Assembly (NCBI RefSeq): GCF_009834535.1
Contig: NC_045696.1
Location: 44,952,001 to 45,016,000 of the forward strand
Origin: Camelus ferus
Taxonomy: Eukaryota
Length of the DNA: 64,000 nt
Direction: 5' to 3'
Position 1 is the stretch's first letter; each line of letters starts with the position of its first letter. Shown here in pieces: positions 14,471-24,710 of this stretch. Under the pieces are notes generated by a model. It saw only the letters and a program-made list of their open reading frames with translations. It was not told the origin of the DNA and made no database searches. The position numbers and the translations under genes were made by a program.

Positions 14471-15094
14471 CTCTACCCCGACAGTCCTTCAGCACCTGAA
14501 CACGGTGGTCTCCATGCTGGCTGAGCCCTGGGGAGGCCCTCACCTCACGCCGTCTCTGATTTGAACTCTGAGTGCAACCCTCAAACAGTACGAGTGCCCT
14601 CGGTAACCACGTCGTGTGGGTACTTCATAAAGATCGTAGTCAACAAAACCCCAAGCCCCTCCCAATAACTGTTGCTGATGATCCCTGTTTTCTCTGTATT
14701 TTCCTTATGCCATTGCATTTCTGGATCCTGGTGGAAAACTTTCATTTATCTCTACTAAGTCGAGTTGGCTAACTTTTAGAGGTGAATTGCAACTTTAAGA
14801 TTGGATAAGGATTTCAAAAGAGATTGCAGGCTAGAAACACAGTGAAGGAGAGGTTCAAGAAGGGCTGCCAGATACGCTGTGTATTTTGTGCACTGCACAA
14901 AGGTGTGCAGTAATGGGAATGAGCCGACTTCAGTACAGCCTTGGCTCCATTCCTGGAGCACTGGCCCGGGCACAAAGTGGAGGGAGGGGTGACTATTTCT
15001 ACCCACCAGCACAAAAGAAATGCCTTTTTGTAATTCGGACCAAAGCACGTATGTGCTAGCAGTAGCCTTGGGTTTGGAGACAGGAAAGTGTAAA

Positions 15095-15097
<3 letters not shown>

Positions 15098-15125
<28 letters not shown>
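15098..15125. repeat. T homopolymer of about 28 nt
   Basis: Directly visible. Confidence 0.9.
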
Positions 15126-16557
15126 GAGGACTCCAGGTTTTGTTAAGATCTGACTGGCCTGTCCGGATTAGATGGCTCACAGACAGCAGTGGGTATTACT
15201 GTTTTGCCAAAGGAAATCTTGCATGAAAACCTAGAACAGGAAACAGTTCAAAGCAGCATCAGAGCTGTGCCCCTGCTTCACGTCCCTCCCTTGATCATAC
15301 AGGAGTCCTGAGGCTCCCTTGTAGAAACACAAGGCCCTGCAGTTTGCACAGCACCACTGCAGAGCAGTCACCGGGCTGTAAGGCTGGACCTGACTCAGGG
15401 TGCAGGGCGCCGAATGCTGGGAAAAAGAGGCAGGTTTGATGAGGTAATTAATACAACACCGTGAGGCTATCCAACCTGTGTCTCTAATTAGGGATAATGA
15501 TTTCCTCAAGGAAACCGAAGCTCAGCAATGCCAGAAAAGCTTTGTCATTACACTGGACTAAAACTTTACAGACTGAACTACAGTGAAAACAAGAGCAGTA
15601 AAGGGCCCACACCATCCACTTAGACCTCGTGCGGTCCCACAACTACTGGGTTAAAGTTTTGCTATTTACAGAGTATGCTTTCCTGAAGCTTAATTCAGGG
15701 TGAAGAACTGCTTTTGAGAATCTTCTATTAGACAGTATAATGTATTAAATCCTTTGTGAAGTGATACTGTCCAGTGCTTATTTATAAGCTGAAAGAAGCC
15801 TCCATGTCCTATGATATTGTGTTAAGAATTAAAATACTTCTTTTGAAAAAAGACGAGATCTAATAATACATGTGGCTTAAAACTGAATAAAAACTGTCTC
15901 AGTGGGCCTCATAAAGGATCTGGCAACAGACTAGAAGTTTGTCCTGTTAATGAGACTGGGAAGGGGGAAAAAGGTTGCCATTTTTTTCTCAGAGGTATTT
16001 ATTATCAAAGGATATCAATGTTATTTGAAAAGAAATTAGAATATGTTCCACGTATAAAAGGAGGTATGTCAACAGGTTCAAATGACCCTGCTCTGGTCCC
16101 GTGTGACCCTCACACCACGGGTTACAGAAAGCTGCTGCTGAACCTCCCTGGCGGCCGAGCACACCTGCATGTGAAATAAAAGTTTGTACAACTTCCATTC
16201 TAATGAAAGGGGGCATTTTCATTTTGAAGCAATTTTTTGGGAAGATTTTTACATAAAGTACAATGAACAATAAAATTATGATAAAGAACTGAAATATTTC
16301 ACAATTAATTCTCTTGATAAAAACAGGCAAAAATGTGTATTTGTATAAAATGTTCTCTTCTCACTCCTTGGACAGCTTAAATTTAAAAGAAGGTGCTTTC
16401 ATTTAATTGGGTGTAAATGACATATAAGAGGTGATAGGTACCTTATAGGAATCTAGTCAGAAACTATCCAGAAGTTGTTTTGGGAAAGGTTACGTTAACT
16501 AAAATTTAGAGATTCTTATTTTTAATGTTAAAGTCCATATATAAAAACAAACGTTTA

Positions 16558-16685
16558 GGGTGAGGGTATAACTCAGTGGTAGAGTGCATGCTTAGCATGA
16601 AGGAGGTCCTGGGTTCACTCCCCAGTACCTCTATTTAAATAAACCAACCAACCAACCAACCAACCTAATTACTTCCCCCCATGCC
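16558..16685 (+). mobile_element. tRNA-derived camelid SINE (Vic-1-like)
   Basis: A box taactcagtggtag, B box ggttcactccc, (CCAA)n tail; TSD aaaaacaaacgttta (16543-16557) / aaaaacaaaggctta (16686-16700). Confidence 0.9.
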
Positions 16686-17111
16686 AAAAACAAAGGCTTA
16701 AATAAGTGTAAGTGAAAATGAGTGTTTACATGCAGCTATATGAATACGAGCCTAAGTTATTCATGCTTTCTGCTTGCATCAGAAGGGTTAGGAACCCTGC
16801 TCGTTGATTGGGAGCACTGATTTAAAATTAAGGTGCTCCATGAGGACAGGGAGGCATCTCACAGAGCAGGTGACACAGAGGACAATTCAATTGATACTTA
16901 GTGGCAAAAAATTAAACTCAAAATTATTTCTTGAAAATAAACTACTTTTAGAAACTGAAGCTATGTATCCCTAGTTATACGTCTATAATTTATGTGTCAT
17001 AGCCACAAACTGCCTCTATTTCTAAATTACCACAACAAATGGAAAAAAAAAAGCACTTGAGAAAAATGAGTTAGAAGTGAATGACAATGGTTATAAGAGT
17101 CCCAAGATTTC

Positions 17112-17464
17112 GGAAAGGGTTGAGCCAAGATGGCAGAGCAGAGAGGCTCATAGTTTGCCCTCTCCCATAAATAGACCAAGAATTACATCTACAAACCCAC
17201 TGAATCACACAGAACACCTAGGAACTCCGGCGGAGTGTCTCGCTTTGAAAAGTACAGGAGGATTCTCACAAAATCTGATAAACAACAAGTTCATACTGTA
17301 TAGCACAGGGAACTATATTCAATATCTTGTAGTAACTTACGGTGAAAAAGAACATGAAAACATATGTATGTTCCTTTACGACCAAAACATTATGCTGTAC
17401 CCTAGAAATTGACACATTGTAAACTGACTATACTTTGATCAAAAAAAAAAAAAAAGTATATAAA
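17112..17464 (+). mobile_element. Mini-L1: L1 5' UTR start fused to L1 3' UTR end plus poly(A)
   Basis: Starts ggaaagggttgagccaagatggc (YY1-type motif of L1 5' ends); switches at 17277/17278 to the L1 3' end; A15 tail; 17-bp TSD at 17095-17111 / 17465-17481. Confidence 0.88.
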
Positions 17465-18300
17465 AAGATTCCCAAGATTTCAATGGTGCATACAGGTGGC
17501 CAAAGGACAACGTAAAGGAATTGTTAACAAAAAAAGAACATCTTTTAACCAAATCAAAATAAGGAGGCAAACGTTTCAGAGTATAGATCACAGTATCATC
17601 AACAGAACTGATTAGAACAGTTAATATCAGCAGATTCAACATAGTTGAATTTTTTTTCCCTGGTAATTCTGACTAGTGAAATGGATGGTTTATTATAGCT
17701 CTTTAATTTCTACTCCTATCTTGAGTGTTAAAAAAGCTATGTATTAATTTTTCCTCGAATACTAATAATTTTAGCAGATACAGTGACACATTAAAAATAC
17801 AAACAGTAAAATAAAATGCAGATATTTCAGAAAAGCTATCTATTAATGTTACAACAATGTAATTTACCAAAATATGTTTCTGAATAAAATTATGATTCTA
17901 AAGCCTATCCAGGAAAACTTTTAAACATATTACTAGAAAGAAACAATTGCACTCAGATTCAGGAGACAGTCTAAATTTGTCCCCATCACTGTCAGCCCAG
18001 TGACAGAGCCATTCTGGTTCTCAGGGATGCCTTCTGTAGCACACGGGTGCTATTTGGACCAGATGATCTCAACAGCACCATTTCTAAATTCTGTGATTCC
18101 TTATTGATTTGCCATTTCTGTAATCCTGGCATTAAAGCAAACAATTGACAGGCAAACCCACCCAACTGCTCTTTTCCCCACCCTGGAATTTTTCTGCTAG
18201 GGAGCTAGAAACCAATGAATTACTCCTGCTTATTTGACAGTAGGATCTTAGAAATATTTTTGCTTCAAGTGAAAAATTTTGCTTGGCTTTTGCCGCCTAC

Positions 18301-18441
18301 CTGATGGAAGGAGGAAAAGGTCCTGTCCTGAGGATGGTCGGCTACTGGAGCCTGGAGGCTTTGAATGTTCGATGAGACTGTGCCTGGCGGGAGGTGGGGG
18401 AGGTGGAAGGGATGGGGGAAGGGCATCAAAAGCATCTTCAC
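18301..18441 (-). CDS. CBLB: CBLB exon 17
   Basis: atgcag|GTGAAGAT...TCAG|gtaggc; 141 nt, phase 1-1; (G)[46 protein letters not shown]. Confidence 0.96.
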
Positions 18442-18755
18442 CTGCATTTAAAGAAGGGTCAGTATCAACAGCAGAACTTCATTAATCAAAACACAGTATC
18501 AGGCAACAGTAATGACTGATTTTCTCTTGCTGCATATAAAGGACTTCACCTGCAGTGCTTAGCTGGGACTTGACTGACTTTAACAATGGGAGCTAAGTAT
18601 TTTGTGAGAGGGTTTGCAGGGAACCACAGACACACAAACACATATGTGCAGGCAGATTTTATCTCACAGGCCTTTCTATTAAAAAGCAACATTGCACGTT
18701 ATGAAACAGCTTATTATTCACTTGTAACCTGTGTAGTATAAAGACAATGGATGTG

Positions 18756-19216
18756 ACCAGTCAGAATGGCCATCATTCAGAAGTCCACAAATGACAAATG
18801 CTGGAGAGGCTGTGGAGAAAAGGGAACCCTCCCGACACTGCTGGTGGGAATGCAGTTTGGTGCAGCCACTATGGAAAACAGTTTGGAGATTCCTCAAAAG
18901 ACTAGAAATAGACTTACCGTATGACCCAGGAATCCCGCTCCTGGGCATATATCCAGAAGGAACCCTACTTCAAAAAGACACCTGCACCCCAATATTCATA
19001 GCAGCACTATTTACAATAGCCAAGACATGGAAACAGCCTAAATGTCCATCAACAGATGACTGGATAAAGAAGGTGTAGTATATTTATACAATGGAATACT
19101 ATACAGCCATAAAAACCAACAACATAACACCATTTGCAGCAACATGGCTGTTCCTGGAGAATGTCATTCTAAGTGAAGTAAGCCAGAAAGAAAGAAAAAT
19201 ACCATATGAGATCACT
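18756..19216 (+). mobile_element. Internal L1 ORF2 C-terminal fragment without 3' tail
   Basis: ORF 18791-19078 ([40 protein letters not shown]) is the L1 ORF2 cysteine-rich C-terminus. Confidence 0.93.
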
Positions 19217-19929
19217 ATTCCACTCATACTTTTCCCTTGATTCTCTAAAAAATAAAATAAAATTGCACTGGATTTATTTTTGTAAGCAATCGCAAATACT
19301 TTGTGAATGTAACAGGGTATAAACACATACCTATTCCAGTAATAAAAATTCACATGTATTTAAATATACTGACTTAAAATATCAGGGTATATTTAAATAA
19401 AAGTTTTACCATTCATCCAGCTTGCCTTGCAAAAATATTCAGAACATTTTCTCTGATAATTATAAACACTTTTCTAACATAAATTATATGAAAGCATAGG
19501 GGAGACAGGGGGCTTTGTTATCATTACAGCCTTCAGCTATTGCTACATTATCATATTCATTCAAATCTTTTATCTAAATCCTGCTAAATGTCAGGCACCA
19601 TGCTAGTCACATGGGTAATGTGAAGATCAAAATCTTAAGGCCTTGACCCAAGGAGCTTAGATTCCACAAGGAGAGCTAAGAAAAGTTTATAAATGATTCA
19701 CAGATGGAAGTCCCACACGCCCCCAGAGAGATGGAGATGCATTTTACGGGGGAAGAGGAATGTAGAAAGTGGCATTTCAGTAAGGTGTTACCAAGAACAG
19801 GAAGGCCTGGGACACTGGGGACTCAAAAGCATTTGTTCATCAAATGTAAGGATGGGGTCTTCTAGGCAGAGTGAAGAGGATAAATTAAAACATGAGATGT
19901 ACACAAAAAGCCAAAGGAAGGGTGAGTTA

Positions 19930-20080
19930 AACAGGTGGGAACATTTATCTGCATTGTCCAATATGGCAGTCACCATCCACATACAGATATTTAGTCTGAA
20001 TTTAAATAAACTAAGATTCAGCTCTACAGTTGTACATAGAGATCCTTTATGTCGCCACCTACAGTTCTACTGGACAGTGC
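19930..20080. mobile_element. MER3/MER33-like hAT fragment
   Basis: ctgcattgtccaatatggcagtcacca...tggacagtgc ends. Confidence 0.5.
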
Positions 20081-21089
20081 TGGTCTCAGCCACGAAGACG
20101 GGGGTAACGGGTCAAAACCAGCACACAGGGAGAAGCAGGAGGAGAAACAGACTGCAGCTAAAGGAGGAAGTTCAAGGCTCTCTTAATCCAGGCAGGTAAG
20201 AATACAGTGCTGAACTACAGAGCTGGGTACAAGACGTTCAGCCGTGTAACTAGGAACGCGAATTGATGGTGTTTATTGGAAAAAAAATGGAAGGGTTCAT
20301 TTCTAGCAGCCTGATGATCAATTCAGATAAGCTTATAAATGAACTTTCATCATTGTTTTCTGTTATGATGACTCATTATTGTGAAGCCTTAACTTGTGTG
20401 GAGGTTGTAATTGTCTTCCTCTAAAAACAGGCTGAGAAGCTTTCTACCTAGAATTAATGAAATAAACAGACATCGGGACCAGCCAGCTCTAACATACATA
20501 CACATCTGTGTGTACCTCCATGTGTGTACGCACACATATATTAATGTACTTCTTTGTAGTAAAATTTGAAACAAAGAAATTGAGATTCTTTGGATGTGTT
20601 CTAGTTGCAGTGATGGTAAGGCAGAATTTATTCTCAGCTCTCTACAATAAAATATATAATTTTCCATAATGTAATTAGCTAAGTGGAACTGGGTCATTTT
20701 CTGCTGAAAGGAAAAGTAAGTACACATTCATTAAGAATTGTACTTAAAGAAAATCTCAGATGAGTACCTCAAATCCATTAGAACACAAGAGCCTGGGGGA
20801 ATGAACAATGCTTTCATAGGTTTTTTTTTCAAAATGCATTTAGTACGTGAAGAGACAACCTGCTGAAATCTGGACTGATGCCAGCTATTTACACCACTGT
20901 TTCAATCATCTAAACAGAATAAATGGCCACATGAACTTGAGAGCCACCATCACCGAGGGAAGCCACTGTTCAGACAAATTTATCACCTAGTGAGTCTACA
21001 TTACATTGGGCTCTGAATTCTGATAATTCAGATATTAACTGAGAGAGGAGGCAGGGTGGCTTGTTTGAAATTGTTTTAAAGGTTTCAAC

Positions 21090-21221
21090 CTAATGGAGGG
21101 ATGAGAAGATCATAATCAGAGGGCGTCCTGTTGAGTGAAGCACCATGCTTCGGATTGTCCCGAGCTGGAGGCCTGGCAGGTGGTAATGGCACTGGATCAG
21201 AGGCTGAATCAAAAACATCTC
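21090..21221 (-). CDS. CBLB: CBLB exon 16 (probable cassette exon)
   Basis: ctctag|GAGATG...TTAG|gttgaa; 132 nt, phase 1-1; (G)[43 protein letters not shown]. Confidence 0.94.
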   Translation of the reverse strand, partial: EMFLIQPLIQCHYHLPGLQLGTIRSMVLHSTGRPLIMIFSSLH

Positions 21222-21336
21222 CTAGAGGATAACACAAAATCTTAATGTATTTTCAGCACAACAATGGCATGGAATTTTGCCTTTAAATTCTGACCATTAA
21301 GATGCAGAATACAAAGAGAACATGTTTTATACCTAC

Positions 21337-21434
21337 CCTTTAAATATATGCCTAGCTCAGGGATGTTTGATTTCTTCACCTCTGAAGATGTACCATGTGT
21401 TCCATTCAATATACAGTGGCCATTGTCACAAGCC
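21337..21434 (-). CDS. CBLB: CBLB exon 15
   Basis: ctttag|GGCTTGT...AAGG|gtaggt; 98 nt; [32 protein letters not shown]. Confidence 0.95.
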
Positions 21435-21692
21435 CTAAAGCAGAAACCAAAGGACAAAAATTGTAAGGATAATTACCTTCTACTTAAAAGTTATCTGGGG
21501 TGGGGAGACGATGGGCTCTAGCAACCCTGCTCATATAATAAAGTGTGAAAATAAATTAGTATTACTTACACTTTCTCCAAACAAGGAAATTACCTAGATA
21601 CTCTTCTTAAATACTTTTAGAAAGCAGAAGTAAATATCCCATGGAAGATACTTTTTTTTTTTTTAAGTGAAACCAAGAATTACAAGGGCCAC

Positions 21693-21803
21693 TTACTCTG
21701 TCTATGGAGTGTGCACCTACCTTTACTTTAACCACAACCACTCTCCCCTCCACTGCCATGTACATCTCTCTAAATAAATCTCCTCTTAAAAAAACAAAAA
21801 ACG
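21693..21803 (+). mobile_element. Short polyadenylated retroposed insert, LTR-like
   Basis: 18-bp direct repeats at 21675-21692 / 21804-21821; AATAAA at 21773-21778; A-rich tail from 21788. Confidence 0.75.
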
Positions 21804-24563
21804 AAGAATCACAAGGGCCACAAAATTGTTGATACCCTAAATACACCTGTGCAACTAATGTATTGTTTTCAAAGACTTCAGTAATACCTTATCAAGTTTT
21901 TGAACAAAAAAATGCAATAAGGCAAAAAATCGAAGTCCCAATAACGTCGTGATTTGTTGATGGAATTTAACATTGTATTTTTATTTCTATAATTGAAGCT
22001 TTCCTTTTAATAAGCTGGAGAATTAAATATCCATCAAAGAAGGAGAATTACTAAACACTCAGTAATTCCATTCAAATTCTGACAGGCACATTCAAAGACC
22101 TAAAGTCTGGAGTGTAATTTCACCAGTCGTGAACAAAACTCTGGCACTTCTGACAAACTATAGAAAAATGACTTTAGCAAAGGCCTTGGGTACACAACAA
22201 GTATTTTAATCTAGATCCTGTAAGGGATAATATTTACTAAAAAAGTATTTTTGCTGTTGGTATGAATGCTTCAGAATCATACTTTGAACAGAATGGAGAA
22301 AACTGGGGCACAGGAAGGGAGCAGCAGGGGGAGAAGACACGGGGGGTATTTTGTCTTCAGAATATGTAGCAACGGACTATCTGCTCACAAAGAGCTACAG
22401 GAAGCAGAGTTTGTATTTTACTTTTCTCTGATTTGCTCTGGATTCTTGGGGCAAAGTAAAAGTACATACATAATAGAGGAGATAGTAGATATTTGAATAG
22501 TTATTGCAGAGTGCTTCATCTGAAATTCATTTCCATTCTCTCTGGTGGCCACATCTCTTTAAGGAGCCAGAGATGGTTCATTTAAAAATAGTTATCATGT
22601 ATTGAATTTTCATAATAATGATGGATTTTTACTGGAACTGAATTATTCATGTACAGTTTAACTTTTTCCACATATTGACAATTTACTTCTCCTGATGTTC
22701 CAAAGGGGAGAAAAATAGAAGGAAAGGATGTATTTAAGTTTAAAGAGTGCTTTGTAGAGGACCTAAGAGGACACTTCATCCATCAGCTTTCAAGAACAAA
22801 TTAGATAAAATATTCACTCCAATTAAGTTTAGGGATTATCAACATTTATTACTTCTCTGTGACAGTAGAAAGATGGTAATGGTGGTTATAAATCAAATTT
22901 ATTTTCAGGATTTGGGAGGCCTGCCACCAAAAATCTCATCTACTATGATATGACAATTAAAATTTAAAGTATTAAAATTATATTCCTCACTTTTCCAGCA
23001 ATGAAAAAAAATGAGATCCCAAGGAGACCAAAAAAGCTCATCTTATTTCAGTTTTTAAAAATCACTACACATTCGTAAGCGCCAAGGGAAGTGAAAGTTG
23101 TAACAATTTATATTTGATGCAAAGGGATAACTTCTTTCTCTAGTAAGAGTAGTAGACATTTGGTTCTTCTGACACAGCAAATTAATCTCTGTTATTTCTG
23201 TCTTCTCAATGATACTGTTTTACCAACAAATGTCTTAAAGACCAGCAATCAGCAAGAAATGCTTTCGTTCTTGCTTTGAAATATGATGCCCTGGACTGCA
23301 AAGTGTTAAGAACCCTGGCTAATAATTCTGTCGAGTGTTGCTCATTCTAACCATGTAACTCACTAAGACTGATCTCTGGTTAAAGTGAAGATTTGCTTCT
23401 CTTTTCCAAGTACTGCAGTCAGATACTCGAAGAAATACATTAAAACATTCTTTAGATTTTTCATCTGAAAAGAAGGGAACACTCCACTCATGAAATGCTT
23501 CCTGTTTGACTCGACCTCAAAAGGAAATGGCACAGTGAGTACAGATGATACAGATGACTGAGGGGTTCAACAGCCCTCTTATCCCTCAGTCAGTAAGGAG
23601 ATACCGGACGGCAAGAAGGCTGGGCTCAGCAGTGGTTGAGCCCTTTTCTATGTGCCAAGCATAGGTCCGGGGATGTAATTATATAAATAAAACTGGAGCT
23701 CAGAAAATAAGTTTGAAACTCAAATTTGACTTACTGAGTGTGTCATATTACATTAAAAAATTAACAGAAAAAGATTATTATTTACTGATTCAATTATATA
23801 AATGCAGAATTGTCCTTCTACTTAGAGACAAACTAATATTTCAAAACACACCACCCATTTTTAATAACTCATATATACCTCAATGGGGCTGCCACTTCAA
23901 AGACCAAGGATGTCTCCATTATAGTGAGAATAAACAACAGACAAGAAGAAAAACAAGACACTATTCCTTACATTCTTGCTTGATCCAAGGAAAAGTAAAA
24001 TAGCACCTGATAAAAAATAGTTAAGGGAGTCATTTTCTAAAAAAATTCTTCAAGATCTGAAAGGAAGCAGGCAGCACATCAAGAAAGAAAACGAATATAA
24101 ATCACAGCATCTTCACGTCACGAAGAAAAGCTCCACGGAAGGTTAGCATAATACCTTAGCTTCTAAGCACCAATTTTTCTTCATGAGATTATGTGCTTAG
24201 AACTGATAAAATGCATTGAAAATAGATACTGAAAATTCATGAATTAATCACCACTATATGTAACCTAATGTGAAGTTTTATTAGAGTATAATTTGTTTTT
24301 GAGGGGGAGAGGGGCATCTAATTATTCCATTAGATTCACTAGGCAACTAATTTAGTCAAAGGACTTCCTACTTAATGGAAATCTGCATCTTTTTGTTTTC
24401 TCTGAAAGTAATGGAGAAAACAGTATTATAGGTAGAAGAGGCTTTGAGCAAGAAATCAAGGATTTTTAATTAAATAGATGTGATTCAGTTGCTTAAAAAC
24501 AAGTACCACAAATGAAAATGCTTATGCAGATGTGAGGTGATAAAAAGTGGCCCAAATTCTTAC

Positions 24564-24710
24564 CTAGGAGGTGGTTTTACGTTATGACAATGAGATGGTT
24601 GTGAATTCAGGGAAACGGGATGGGATGAAGGAATCTTGTATTCATCATCATCTTCCTCTACTGGGTCTCTTGTTTTCTCTGAAAGGGAATTTGCTAATGG
24701 ACCAGTACAC
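24564..24710 (-). CDS. CBLB: CBLB exon 14 (YKIP motif)
   Basis: ctggtag|GTGTACT...CCTAG|gtaaga; 147 nt; [48 protein letters not shown]. Confidence 0.96.

Noticed and set aside
16558..16635. tRNA gene
   Set aside because: TSD, simple-repeat tail and a second copy at about 48200 identify it as a SINE head.
19693..20199. 168-aa ORF
   Set aside because: Runs through a hAT remnant, resembles no protein I recognise, and is consistent with chance.
21337..21434. Exon 15 appears one codon longer than the human sequence I recall
   Set aside because: Frame-preserving change in a disordered region; likely ordinary lineage variation.
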